A stretch of DNA of 64,000 bases from Candidatus Woesearchaeota archaeon (GCA_964354405.1 CAYGZP010000001.1:84879-148878), one strand, 5' to 3'; shown: positions 40,868 through 51,096, counted from the first letter of the stretch. The notes: generated by a model from the letters alone, not told the origin. A program made the numbers and translations.

Positions 40868-41002
40868 CGCCAGCGCTAGGATTCGAACCTAGATGTCCTT
40901 TCAGACAACGGTTTTCTTGTTTTATTTTTTTCTTTTTGATTGAATCTTTTTTCTAAAAAGATTCTTTCGAGACCGTCCCATTAACCGTTCTGGCACGCTG
41001 GC
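40868..41002 (-). tRNA. tRNA-Ser(CGA) with 52-nt intron at 37/38 (intron 40914-40965)
   Basis: Acceptor GCCAGCG/CGCTGGC-G, anticodon arm ACGGT-CTCGAA^A-ACCGT, long variable arm TGTCTGAAAGGACA, GGTTCGAATCC. Confidence 0.92.
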
Positions 41003-41037
41003 ACAAGATATTTAAATCTCGCTTAATTAAAAAGCTT

Positions 41038-41766
41038 ATGGCTAAGGTAAATTTGTTTACAGCAGTTTTGATAACTCTCTTACTGATATCGGCGATATTT
41101 ATCATCGGTGCCGGTTGTGAGACAGCTTCACAAGGCGGTGGCGGGGGCCAGGGCAATGAAGGAAACGGACAAACTCCCCCAGCACCAGTTGAAACGCTTT
41201 TCTCAGACGACTTCAACAATGATATGTCCGGGGCAGTTCCATCGCAATGGAATATTGTCTTGAAAGACAATTTAGTTGCTTCAGTAAAAGGAACAACACA
41301 ATCTAACGACATTTATGGAAAAGTTCTCGAGCTTAAGGGAAGATTAGTCACAGCAAGCCCGGGAGCAACATGGCAGGATTACTCAGTTGAAATGGAATTT
41401 AAAGTATTCAACGCAGGCGAGCATGAAGGCCCAGCAATATTGTTCAGGGTTCAAGATTCTGACAACTATTACTTGTTGGCCACAAACACCCAGCCGACAG
41501 GAACCAACTACATCTTGTCTAAGGTAGTTTCAGGAACAAAATCCGAGTTAAAACAGCGCTCTTCAAACAAGAGAATCGACGATGACGTATGGCACACAAT
41601 AAAGTTAGACATACAAGGTGAAAATTTCAATGTATATGTCGATGGCAGCAATATCATGGAAACGACATTAGACGGGACATTTGCTACAGGGGGGATAGGT
41701 TTGATGACACATCCATTCAGCAACATTTTGTTTGACAACATTGTTGTTATCGGGATAACTGCTTAA
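41038..41766 (+). CDS. Putative lipoprotein with DUF1080/ConA-like beta-sandwich domain
   Basis: Lipobox GAGC, Gly-rich linker, LFSDDF, WQDY..E.EF, WHTIKL, GGIGL, FDNI. Confidence 0.8.
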   Translation: MAKVNLFTAVLITLLLISAIFIIGAGCETASQGGGGGQGNEGNGQTPPAPVETLFSDDFNNDMSGAVPSQWNIVLKDNLVASVKGTTQSNDIYGKVLELKGRLVTASPGATWQDYSVEMEFKVFNAGEHEGPAILFRVQDSDNYYLLATNTQPTGTNYILSKVVSGTKSELKQRSSNKRIDDDVWHTIKLDIQGENFNVYVDGSNIMETTLDGTFATGGIGLMTHPFSNILFDNIVVIGITA

Positions 41767-41789
41767 AAGAAAAGAGAAATAAAAATAGT

Positions 41790-42110
41790 TTAAATTTCTT
41801 TTTGAAAATTCCTCGCTATATAACCAACAATTAATTCTCGGCTTGGCCCGTCAGTCGGAGTAAGAGAAATTTCCCTTGGCTTTCTACTCGTGTTCTCGAG
41901 TCTTTTTGTCTGATTATTAAACTTAATATAAACCACTTCCTCAGCTTCAATATGGTATTGAGAAAATTTTGATAAAAATTCTTTTAATTTTCTTTTATTT
42001 GTATAACCAAAACAGATTTCGATAGCGCTTTTTTTTGAAATGTCTTTGACATTCTTATCAGAAAGCAAATTTTCCAAAATCCCGGTAGTTCCTATCTTTT
42101 TTTGATTCAT
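41790..42110 (-). CDS. Hypothetical protein
   Basis: 106-aa ORF coupled to the upstream phosphoesterase. Confidence 0.55.
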   Translation of the reverse strand: MNQKKIGTTGILENLLSDKNVKDISKKSAIEICFGYTNKRKLKEFLSKFSQYHIEAEEVVYIKFNNQTKRLENTSRKPREISLTPTDGPSRELIVGYIARNFQKEI

Positions 42111-42829
42111 TAGATATTCTTTAACTTACCGAACTTATAAACTTTATTGGCTTCTCCTGCAATAAATACCTCGAATTCCTTCAGCGCGCTTTCTTCCAAG
42201 AAAGGCGATAAAAGTTTCTCGCGTTTAACGTCGCTGCCTTCATAAACAGAGAAGAACGAAGGCATTACAATAAGATTCTTGCCATGCCACTTCCCATTTA
42301 AAAAACATTTGTACAACTCACTCTTGACTCCTTCGCGAATCGAAACCGCGGGATGCTCATGTCCAATGACAATTGTTTTGATATTCTTTGCATAAATTTC
42401 TTTGTCTAATAAGATTTTATGTCCATGTAATATCGCTACATCGCCGGCTATATAATAATTAACTATTTTCAATCCTTTCTTTCGAGCGATAGGCTCGAGA
42501 ATTGCGTCGTGATTGCCCTTAATCAGCACAACTTTCCTTTTGTTTTTCATCAATAAATCAAGAATCTCAATGGTATCGTGCCATTCCTGCTGCGAAATCT
42601 CGCCAAACTCATGCTTCAAGTCGCCATTTATCACAACAACTCGCGGTTTTAACTTTAAAAGTTCTTGAATCTCTTGTTTCATCTCCTTGAAAGTAAGCTT
42701 TGGCACAAGTATGCCTTCGTTACTCAAGGCATCTTCATAGCCGATGTGCAAATCCGAGATGATTAACACTTTCTGTTCAGATAGCCACAATGCCGTATTC
42801 TTTATCCAGATTCCCCTTGAAATTATCAT
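42110..42829 (-). CDS. Metallophosphoesterase, Lhr-associated type
   Basis: SDLHIG, NGDLKH, GNHD, HGH, GHEHP, MPSF. Confidence 0.9.
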   Translation of the reverse strand: MIISRGIWIKNTALWLSEQKVLIISDLHIGYEDALSNEGILVPKLTFKEMKQEIQELLKLKPRVVVINGDLKHEFGEISQQEWHDTIEILDLLMKNKRKVVLIKGNHDAILEPIARKKGLKIVNYYIAGDVAILHGHKILLDKEIYAKNIKTIVIGHEHPAVSIREGVKSELYKCFLNGKWHGKNLIVMPSFFSVYEGSDVKREKLLSPFLEESALKEFEVFIAGEANKVYKFGKLKNI

Positions 42830-42897
42830 GGATATTATAATAAGAAAACTTTATTAAATCTTTTTCCTTGCTAATCCCGATTAAAAGGGGTAGATGC

Positions 42898-43764
42898 ATG
42901 GGGAATAAAAAAGTGATTGTAGGGTGTTCTGGTTCGAGAGCCATAGCAAAAGAGGTCGCGCAAAAGTTAAAACTTAAACATTTTAATCTAATTGTCGAAG
43001 AATTTCCAGATAATGAGCTAAGGATAAGATTCCCCAAGAATGTAAAAGGCCAAGATATCTGGTTTTTTCAATCATTTTACGGCGACGTAAACAAAAAAAT
43101 AATAGAAACTTTAATCGCATTCTACACTGCCAAGGATCTCGGAGCGAAAAATATCTCGCTTATGGCGCTTTATTTCCCCTATCTTAGAGAAGACAAACGA
43201 TTTGAGTCAGGCGAAGCCATAAATGCCAGAATCATAGCAAAGTTTTTCAGTCCTTTCTCCAAGGTTTTTGTAATAAATCCTCATTTGCACAGGCTGAAAA
43301 ACCTGCAAGCATTTTTTCCTAATGCTAAAGAGCTCAGCACCGCAAAGATTATAGCAAGATACATCAAAGATAGATATCAAAATTATATTATTGTAGGCCC
43401 AGATGAGGAAAGCGCAAGATGGATAGCCCCCATAAGCAAAATATTGCATTCAAAATACATTATTTTAAAAAAGACAAGACTCACTCCATCAAAAGTCAGG
43501 ATACAACAGCTGAAACACCATAAAAAATATCAGACAGCAATAATTATCGACGATATTATAAGCACCGGAGGAACAATGATAGAAGCGATTAAACAGATAA
43601 ATCCCCTATCCAAAAGCATTAATTGTATTGCAATTCACGGGATTTTTGACCAAAACAGTCTAGAAAGACTAGAAAAAATCGCGAAGGTAGTATCCACAAA
43701 TACTATCCCCTCTCGCGCGTCAAAGATAGATATCGCAGAGACAATAATTGAAGCATTGAAATAA
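42898..43764 (+). CDS. prs: Ribose-phosphate pyrophosphokinase
   Basis: FPDNE, PYLREDK, GPD, IIDDIISTGGT, HGIF, STNTI. Confidence 0.93.
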   Translation: MGNKKVIVGCSGSRAIAKEVAQKLKLKHFNLIVEEFPDNELRIRFPKNVKGQDIWFFQSFYGDVNKKIIETLIAFYTAKDLGAKNISLMALYFPYLREDKRFESGEAINARIIAKFFSPFSKVFVINPHLHRLKNLQAFFPNAKELSTAKIIARYIKDRYQNYIIVGPDEESARWIAPISKILHSKYIILKKTRLTPSKVRIQQLKHHKKYQTAIIIDDIISTGGTMIEAIKQINPLSKSINCIAIHGIFDQNSLERLEKIAKVVSTNTIPSRASKIDIAETIIEALK

Positions 43765-43784
43765 ACTTAAACTAAAAAGAAAAA

Positions 43785-44225
43785 ATGAAGAACAAAATTT
43801 TTATTGCAAGCGATCATGCAGGGTTCAAGCTGAAAAATCAAATTGCAGCTTTCCTAAAATCAAAAAATTACAATTATGCGGATTTGGGCGCAAAAAGATT
43901 TATCGCAGCAGATGATTTTCCAGATTATGCAGAAAAAGTTGCGAGAAAAGTCAAGAAGGAGAAAGCAAAAGGGATTCTTATCTGCCGCACAGGTCAAGGA
44001 ATGGCTATTGCAGCAAATAAAATAAAAGGCATCATCGCTGCTCCAGTATATAATCTATCGACGGCAAAACACGCAAAAGAGCATCTCAATGCAAATATCA
44101 TAACTTTCGGCGCAATCACCAAGACAAAAACCGCAACAAAAATGGTTGAAGCATGGCTTAAGTCTAAATTCCTTGCTCAAGCCAAATATATCCGAAGATT
44201 AAATAAAATCAACAGGTTAAGATGA
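43785..44225 (+). CDS. rpiB: Ribose-5-phosphate isomerase B
   Basis: ASDHAG, DFPD, CRTGQG, ANK, H.NAN. Confidence 0.93.
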   Translation: MKNKIFIASDHAGFKLKNQIAAFLKSKNYNYADLGAKRFIAADDFPDYAEKVARKVKKEKAKGILICRTGQGMAIAANKIKGIIAAPVYNLSTAKHAKEHLNANIITFGAITKTKTATKMVEAWLKSKFLAQAKYIRRLNKINRLR

Positions 44226-44839
44226 AAATCCAAATAGCTTTAGATCTGCTTGACAAGAAAAAAGCCTTGGAAATCTGCAAAAAAACCTCCAAATATGTTG
44301 ATATTATAGAATTAGGAACTCCCTTCATCAAAAAATTTGGGATTGGAATTGCAAAAGAGTTCAAGAAATTCCACAAACCACTCGTTGCAGATCTGAAGAT
44401 AATGGATGCAGGCGCTCTCGAAGCTGAAATGGCATTTGACGCAGGCGCTTCAATCATAACAGTATGCGCAGACACAAACGACGAAACAATAATTGCCACG
44501 GTCAAAGATACCAGAAAAAGAAAAAAGAAAGTTATGGCTGATTTAATTGGTGTGGATGACTTAAAAAAAAGAATAAAGGAAGTTTTAAAATTCAAGGTGG
44601 ATTATATCTGTCTCCACACAGGAATTGACATTCAAAAAAAAGTATCGGTGCTCACAGATTTGAAGAAAATTGCCCTATTAATCCCAAAAAAGAAGCTTGT
44701 GGTTGCAGGAGGGATAAATGAACATAACATAAAGGACATTGTTAAATTCAATCCTGCCATAATAATCGTTGGGGGAGCTATCACCAAGGCAAAAAATCCA
44801 GAAAAAATTGCAAAGGAGATAGCAAAAATAGTAAAATGA
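44222..44839 (+). CDS. hxlA: 3-hexulose-6-phosphate synthase
   Basis: QIALD, IELGTP, ADLKIMDAG..EA, HTGID, VAGGI. Confidence 0.92.
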   Translation: MKIQIALDLLDKKKALEICKKTSKYVDIIELGTPFIKKFGIGIAKEFKKFHKPLVADLKIMDAGALEAEMAFDAGASIITVCADTNDETIIATVKDTRKRKKKVMADLIGVDDLKKRIKEVLKFKVDYICLHTGIDIQKKVSVLTDLKKIALLIPKKKLVVAGGINEHNIKDIVKFNPAIIIVGGAITKAKNPEKIAKEIAKIVK

Positions 44840-45366
44840 AGAAAAAACAAACAGAGAAGATCACAGCAGAAATAGAAAAGGTGCTTGAAAAAGTTCCAGC
44901 AAAGGCCACAAATTCATTTATTTCGTTGATGACAAATAAAAATAATATCTTCCTTGCAGGCGCGGGAAGAAGCAAGCTTGTCGCAGAAGCCTTTGCTATG
45001 AGGCTCAGGCAAGATGGTTTGAATAGCTATGTTGTAGGCGATGTTGTAAATCCGCCAATAACACAGAAAGATTTACTAGTAGCTGTAAGCGGCACAGGAG
45101 AAACTCAATTAACTTTAGACATTGTAAAAGAAGCGAAGAAACACCAGGCTAAGATTGTAGCTATCACAGCAAGGAAAAACTCAAGGATAGCAAAAGCCGC
45201 GCATCTTGTTATAGAACTTAAAGCCGAGTTAGATGGAACTCTCGAGCCTTTAGCTTCTTTGTTTGAACAGGCCGTGTTTATTTATCTGGACACCGTTATT
45301 ATAGATATGTTGAGAAAAGAACACAGGGGTTTCAAAGAATTAAAGAAGAGACACGCGAACTTGTAA
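44836..45366 (+). CDS. hxlB: 6-phospho-3-hexuloisomerase (SIS domain)
   Basis: GAGRS, FAMRL, SGTGET, FEQ, C-terminal RHANL. Confidence 0.93.
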   Translation: MKKKQTEKITAEIEKVLEKVPAKATNSFISLMTNKNNIFLAGAGRSKLVAEAFAMRLRQDGLNSYVVGDVVNPPITQKDLLVAVSGTGETQLTLDIVKEAKKHQAKIVAITARKNSRIAKAAHLVIELKAELDGTLEPLASLFEQAVFIYLDTVIIDMLRKEHRGFKELKKRHANL

Positions 45367-45367
45367 A

Positions 45368-45838
45368 ATGGAGCTTAAAAAATATATCAAGAAAAGCTAC
45401 AACAAAAAAATCACGATAAGATTGAAAGACATGCAGAATTTCTTCTCTGACAAAAAATCAGTAAATCTCAAACTAAAGGGAAATCCGATAATCTATGAAG
45501 TTTTAAGGAAAAAGGCAGGAGACACCGAGTACAGTTTAACAACAATCAAACCAGGAAAAATAGGCAAAGAGCATTTTATGACCCGCGGCCATTATCACAA
45601 GAACAATTTTACGGAATTATATCTTTTGTTGAAAGGGAAAGGAGTTCTGCTCATACAGAACAAGAAATGCATTGCGATTAAATTAAAGAAAGACAAAATT
45701 TATCTAATCTCTTCAAAATATGCCCACCGAACCATAAACACTGGCGGAGATGCTTTAGAAATTCTAACAATTCAATCTACAAAAATAAAATATGATTACA
45801 AGAAAATAGAAAAAGCAGGTTTCAAGAAAAAAGTTTGA
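45368..45838 (+). CDS. pgi: Cupin-type (archaeal) glucose-6-phosphate isomerase
   Basis: PGKIGKE.FMTRGHYH, E.Y, AHRTINTG. Confidence 0.88.
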   Translation: MELKKYIKKSYNKKITIRLKDMQNFFSDKKSVNLKLKGNPIIYEVLRKKAGDTEYSLTTIKPGKIGKEHFMTRGHYHKNNFTELYLLLKGKGVLLIQNKKCIAIKLKKDKIYLISSKYAHRTINTGGDALEILTIQSTKIKYDYKKIEKAGFKKKV

Positions 45839-45847
45839 ATTTTAAAA

Positions 45848-46732
45848 ATGAAATATATTGTTGCTTTGGATGTCGGCGGAACAAAAATAGCTGGCGCGCT
45901 TATCTCGCAAGGAAGAATATTGAAAAAGATAAAAACCCCCACAAAAGCGCATCAGGGAAAAATGCATATCTTAAGGAGGATTTGTAATGTGATTTCTGCG
46001 CTTATATCCGAGATTGACAAAAAAGATGTAAGGGGGATAGGCATAGGATTGCCTGGGCCAGTGAATATTGAATCAGGGACATTGCTTAGTGCCCCGAATT
46101 TGCCCGGTTGCCATAACGTTCCTGTTAAAAAAATAATTGAGAAAATGTTTAGGGTTCGAGCTCGAATAGAGAACGACGCAAAATGTGCTGCGCTAGGGGA
46201 AAGTCGTTTCTTCAAATGTAAAGATCTAATCTGCCTTACTTTAGGAACTGGAATCGGGGGAGGAATAATCATCAACAGAGAGATTTATCATGGAAATGGG
46301 GTCGCAGGGGAGATAGGACACATGACTATCGAAGTAAATGGCCCGAAATGTTCTTGCGGAAATCAGGGATGTTTTGAAGAGTATGTCTCGGTTCGTGGCA
46401 TAAGGAGAATCGCGCAAAAGCACAATAGCAGCTTGGGGCCGAGAGAGCTTTCAGAGAAAGCATATCATGGAGACAAAAAAGCAAAAGCGATTTATAATGA
46501 AGTAGGAAAATATCTGGGAGTTGGGTTGACTAATTTGGTGAACATTTTTAATCCCCAAATAATTGTCGTAAATGGAGGGATCAGCAAAGCTGGAAAGTTT
46601 TTGATGGAGCCCGCAATAAAAGAGATGAAAAAAAGAAGATTCAGATTAATAGAGCAGAACACTAAAATTAAACTCTCAGAGCTTCAAGAAGATGCCGGCT
46701 TATTAGGAGCATCGATGCTCTTCGAAAAATAA
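45848..46732 (+). CDS. ROK family sugar kinase (glucokinase-like)
   Basis: DVGGTK, ENDA, LGTGIGGG, GEIGH, CSCG..GCFE. Confidence 0.93.
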   Translation: MKYIVALDVGGTKIAGALISQGRILKKIKTPTKAHQGKMHILRRICNVISALISEIDKKDVRGIGIGLPGPVNIESGTLLSAPNLPGCHNVPVKKIIEKMFRVRARIENDAKCAALGESRFFKCKDLICLTLGTGIGGGIIINREIYHGNGVAGEIGHMTIEVNGPKCSCGNQGCFEEYVSVRGIRRIAQKHNSSLGPRELSEKAYHGDKKAKAIYNEVGKYLGVGLTNLVNIFNPQIIVVNGGISKAGKFLMEPAIKEMKKRRFRLIEQNTKIKLSELQEDAGLLGASMLFEK

Positions 46733-46742
46733 ATTTTGAAAA

Positions 46743-47597
46743 ATGAAAATATCAAAAGTCCCCCTACGAATTGATTTTGCAGGTGGCACAACAGACATCC
46801 AGCCCTTTCCTAGGAAATATGGCGGTGCTGTATTGAACGCAGCAATAAATTATTATGTCAATGGATGGTTAAAGACAAACCAAGGCATAACTTTACAATA
46901 CTCATGCCATGCGCCCACACATTCAGGATTAGGCACTTCAACAGCAATGTCCTTGGCATGGCTATCCTTGATTTTAAAGAAACATAACCCCCGGATTCTT
47001 GCAGACAAGGTTCTTGAGATAGAACATGATATTGGTTTGACTTCGGGCAAGCAGGATCAATACACTTCTGTTTTAGGGGGCATAAATTTTCTTCAATTTT
47101 TAGATGACAAAGTTAAAGTTACGAGACTAAACCTCCCACAATCAACAGTTTCAAGACTTGAAAGCAATTTCTTGATATGTTATAACAAAAATTTGAAGAG
47201 ATTTGTAGATTTGAACAGGGTTGTTGTAAAAAAATTGAATCAAGGCAATCCCATAGTGATTAATTCTTTGAAAAATATGAAAAGAATCGCCTTTGAAATG
47301 AAAAAAACCCTTGAAAAAAAGCAATTTGCAGAATTCGCAGAGCTCATGAATGAGGAGTGGCATTACAGAAGCAAGATGTTCCCCACATTCGCGTCAAAAG
47401 AGATAAATCTCCTCGTCAAAAAATGTCTAGAGAATGGCGCTTTAGGAGCCAAAGTTCTTGGCTCTTGCAACGGCGGCGTGGTTCTCGCTTATTGCGACAA
47501 TAAGACAAAACTGAAACAAAGTCTTTCAAGACTAAAAAACATAAAATATTTTGACTTCAAATTTGATTTTAAAGGGCTGCAAGTTCATACAATATGA
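46743..47597 (+). CDS. GHMP family sugar kinase (HddA-like)
   Basis: PLRIDFAGGTTD, PTHSGLGTS, GKQDQY, GAK..G..NGG. Confidence 0.88.
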   Translation: MKISKVPLRIDFAGGTTDIQPFPRKYGGAVLNAAINYYVNGWLKTNQGITLQYSCHAPTHSGLGTSTAMSLAWLSLILKKHNPRILADKVLEIEHDIGLTSGKQDQYTSVLGGINFLQFLDDKVKVTRLNLPQSTVSRLESNFLICYNKNLKRFVDLNRVVVKKLNQGNPIVINSLKNMKRIAFEMKKTLEKKQFAEFAELMNEEWHYRSKMFPTFASKEINLLVKKCLENGALGAKVLGSCNGGVVLAYCDNKTKLKQSLSRLKNIKYFDFKFDFKGLQVHTI

Positions 47598-47647
47598 CTT
47601 TTTTAAACCCCCATAATATTTAAATACCGCTTTCTCGACGATTAAAT

Positions 47648-48040
47648 ATGAAAGTTTTGGTTGTTTGTGATTTGAATTTCGCGAGAAGCATCACAACTGC
47701 GTTTGTTTTAAGAAGACAAGCCAGGGAGCAAGGATTAGAGTTAGATATAGAGACAGCAGGATTGCTCAACAACAAGAAAAAAAGAAACCATCTTGAAAAT
47801 GTATGTTATTATCTTAAAAAATATATTCCTTTGCTCAACAATAACAAATTAACAAAGGAGAAAGCTGACAAGGCAGACATAATTTATGTGATGAATGATG
47901 AAATGAAACAAGGAATAGCTGATAAATACAAATACCCAGAAGCAAAAATCTATAATCTTGACATTTCAAGCCGCCATTGGTTTCCTTACACAAGAAATCT
48001 GATAAGAGCGATAGAAGAATCGCTTATTGAATACATCTAA
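47648..48040 (+). CDS. Low-molecular-weight phosphotyrosine phosphatase-like protein
   Basis: VVCDLNFARS (Cx5R), ETAG, ADIIYVM. Confidence 0.8.
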   Translation: MKVLVVCDLNFARSITTAFVLRRQAREQGLELDIETAGLLNNKKKRNHLENVCYYLKKYIPLLNNNKLTKEKADKADIIYVMNDEMKQGIADKYKYPEAKIYNLDISSRHWFPYTRNLIRAIEESLIEYI

Positions 48041-50682
48041 TCTTTTCTTTCTTTCTTCCCTATTCTGTCCAACACATGTTTGTGCATTCTTTTCAAGAAC
48101 TCAATCTTATTTTCCATCTTAACAAGATCTCCATAGCCCTGTGTTATCAAGTTGAGCGAGAAAGGAGATGGAATCTCAGTCACAATGCTCTCAACTTTAA
48201 TCTTCTTGTCTTTAATCCATTGTAAAACTTTCATCGCGTTGTTTATATCCATCAAATCCTCGAGCACTTCTCTCTTAGTTTCTTTCAAAATTGGAAAATC
48301 ACTTGATATTTTCTTAACAGCTCCAAGCAAAAAGTCGCTTTTCATCTGCTGCTTCCCAACACTTTTGTTCTGCCCCTTATAATTTCGCAGAATCATCAAA
48401 CTGCGAGTTGCGCAATGCCTGAATCTCCTTTTAAAAACTTCTGTCTTGTCAAGCGCCTCTTCCAAAATCCCCCGCAGAGCTTCGGGTTTGTCCGAAAGAA
48501 GCTTGACAGCCTTCTCAATCTGCATCGGCCATTTTGAGGCAATAAAAAAACCATTGTCATTGATTCCAACCTCAACATCTCTCTTGCCGAATCTCGCCAC
48601 AAGATATGCAAGAGCTCTTGATAAAGCATCATTCACCCTTCTGCCGTATAAAGAATGAATCAAGATATATTGTTTATCCTCTCTGTCCATATATCTCTCG
48701 ATGACTAAGCGATTCTCGTGAGGCATTTTTCCTTTAGTGTAAAAATACTGTTCGTAAAGATAATTATAAAGAGCTTCTACAGAATTTTTGTCAACATAAC
48801 AATAACTTTCAATGAATTCTTTAATCTTCTCCTCGCTTTTCTTGCTGTCAAACATCTCGCAAACTAATTTTCTGAATTTCTGTATCGCGCAAGCTAAGTC
48901 AAAGCTAAGAGGAAGCATCTCACTCGCCCAAGTTGGGATTGTAGGCGGTTTGTAAACTGAAGCATTGACATAGGCATTCATGCCCCGCGAATAGAGAAAC
49001 TCAAACTTCGCGCCCCCGAGCACAAAGACATCACCTTTCTTCAATCGCTCAAGAAAATTCTCATCAATTTTTCCTATTCGCTCATCTCGCCGGTCATATG
49101 GCGCGGCAATAATAACATTCGCGAATGCTTCATCAGGAATTGTTCCAATGTTTGTCATATAAATCATTCTCGCAAGTTTCCCCCGCTTTCCAACCTCTTT
49201 GCTCTGCGGGTCATACCATATCTTTGCATAAACATTTCTTGCTTCCAATCCTTTATACTCCGCAGAAAGATAACTGATAACCGAGAAAAAATCCTCTCGA
49301 GAAAGCTCATGATAGCAATAGCTTTTCTTGATTAGCGCGAACATCTCATCAATGTTCCATCTTTGCTGGATTGCCATGCCAAAAATCTGCTGCGACAAGA
49401 CATCTAAGCAATTTTTAGGAAATTCCACCCGGTCAATCTTTCTTTCAACAGCCTCTTTCAGCATCACAGAGCATTCAACCAAGTCATCTCTGTCCAGCAC
49501 AACCAATCTCCCCTTGCTTACATTGTGCAATCTATGCCCTGCTCTTCCTGTTCTCTGTAAAATCCTCGCCACGCTCTTTGGCGAGCTCAACAGCACAACC
49601 AAATCAATATAACCGATGTCAATGCCCAATTCTAAAGAAGTGCTCGTGACAACACATTTTAATTTTCCCTCGCGCAATCTAGTTTCAATGCTATATCTCA
49701 TTGATTTGCTCAGAGAAGAGTGATGTGCTCCTATAGTCTCCTCAACTTGCTCATATTTTCCAGGAAACATCTCTTTCAAGTGATTGATAACTCTCTCAGT
49801 CGCGGAGCGGGTGTTAGTGAAGATAAGCGTTGTCTTATGTTCCTGTATCAGTTTGTCTAACAATCCATAAAGGCTTGTTTGCATCTCTTTCGCGCTCGTG
49901 TCAATCAAGTCAGGCACTGGGGAGAGAACTTTCAAGTCAAATTTTTTCGCGAACTGAACATCAGCCACAAGACACTCGCGCTCTTTTTCTTGTTCATAAC
50001 CCACAAGAAATTTCGCTATTTCTTCAAGAGGCGCAATTGTCGCGCTCAATCCAATGCGAACAGGAACAATCACACTCAAGTTCTCAAGCCTTTCAAGAGA
50101 TAAAGACAAATGAACCCCTCTCTTGTTCGCGAGAGCATGAACTTCATCAACAATAACAAACTCAACAGCCTTGAATGACTCAACAAACTTTTTGCTGCTA
50201 AGAACAATTGCTAGAGATTCAGGAGTTGTGATAAGGATATGCGGGGCTTTCTTGAGCATGGCACTCTTTTCTTCTGTTGTTGTGTCTCCTGTCCTTGTTG
50301 AGATTCTTATGCCGAATCCCTTCCCTTTTTCCTTGCCAGCGAGCTTCTCCATCTCCGCAAGAGGCTCTTTCAAGTTAACTTCAATGTCTCGCGAGAGCGC
50401 CTTCAGGGGCGATATGTAAACACAATAAACTTTATTCTCTAACTCGTTCTTTTCAGCCAATCCAATCAGATAATTCAAGATGGAAGTGAAAGCGCATAGA
50501 GTTTTGCCAGAGCCAGTCGGCGCAGTCACAAGAATATTCCTGCGCTCATGAATCGGCATTATGGCATATCGCTGGCTATCCGCGAACGAGCCAAATTTTT
50601 CCTTGAACCACTTCGCGACAATCGGATTCAGAGCTTCAAAGAGTTCTTTGTCTGTGTTAGCTTTGTCAATTAGTTTTATCAT
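48037..50682 (-). CDS. lhr: Lhr-type ATP-dependent helicase
   Basis: PTGSGKT, SPLKAL, TTPESL, DEVH, HHSSL, LELGID, QRTGRAGH, GTIPD. Confidence 0.95.
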   Translation of the reverse strand: MIKLIDKANTDKELFEALNPIVAKWFKEKFGSFADSQRYAIMPIHERRNILVTAPTGSGKTLCAFTSILNYLIGLAEKNELENKVYCVYISPLKALSRDIEVNLKEPLAEMEKLAGKEKGKGFGIRISTRTGDTTTEEKSAMLKKAPHILITTPESLAIVLSSKKFVESFKAVEFVIVDEVHALANKRGVHLSLSLERLENLSVIVPVRIGLSATIAPLEEIAKFLVGYEQEKERECLVADVQFAKKFDLKVLSPVPDLIDTSAKEMQTSLYGLLDKLIQEHKTTLIFTNTRSATERVINHLKEMFPGKYEQVEETIGAHHSSLSKSMRYSIETRLREGKLKCVVTSTSLELGIDIGYIDLVVLLSSPKSVARILQRTGRAGHRLHNVSKGRLVVLDRDDLVECSVMLKEAVERKIDRVEFPKNCLDVLSQQIFGMAIQQRWNIDEMFALIKKSYCYHELSREDFFSVISYLSAEYKGLEARNVYAKIWYDPQSKEVGKRGKLARMIYMTNIGTIPDEAFANVIIAAPYDRRDERIGKIDENFLERLKKGDVFVLGGAKFEFLYSRGMNAYVNASVYKPPTIPTWASEMLPLSFDLACAIQKFRKLVCEMFDSKKSEEKIKEFIESYCYVDKNSVEALYNYLYEQYFYTKGKMPHENRLVIERYMDREDKQYILIHSLYGRRVNDALSRALAYLVARFGKRDVEVGINDNGFFIASKWPMQIEKAVKLLSDKPEALRGILEEALDKTEVFKRRFRHCATRSLMILRNYKGQNKSVGKQQMKSDFLLGAVKKISSDFPILKETKREVLEDLMDINNAMKVLQWIKDKKIKVESIVTEIPSPFSLNLITQGYGDLVKMENKIEFLKRMHKHVLDRIGKKERKD

Positions 50683-50718
50683 AGCACCTCAAAAACAAAG
50701 AACTATTTATAATTTTAT

Positions 50719-51096
50719 TCACTTAACTTTTCCCTTTTGAATACTTACTTTGTATCCTGCTCTATAATCAAAACAAGGAAGTCTAATGCCAGAAATGCTT
50801 CCCCTCATCACCCAATCAATAGTTAAGGTGTCTCCTCTTTCAGCCTCTAGCAGTTTAGGATACTTCTGAACACCAGAAGCATAGGCAGTCAACCGAAACT
50901 TTCCTCTATCCTTCTTATTTTCTGCAAGACACCAGAAGCGAGGATCACCATTTTCATAATTATCTTTTGAAAATTCAACTTCTTTTAACACATGTCTCTC
51001 TTTATCTACAATCTCCTCAAACGGACAAGTAAGAAAAGCAAAAGTAGCCATCACACCAGTTATTGTGCCCGCCCCTAACCAATATTTTATATGCAT
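50719..51096 (-). CDS. Hypothetical protein with N-terminal membrane anchor
   Basis: 125-aa ORF with one hydrophobic segment. Confidence 0.55.
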   Translation of the reverse strand: MHIKYWLGAGTITGVMATFAFLTCPFEEIVDKERHVLKEVEFSKDNYENGDPRFWCLAENKKDRGKFRLTAYASGVQKYPKLLEAERGDTLTIDWVMRGSISGIRLPCFDYRAGYKVSIQKGKVK

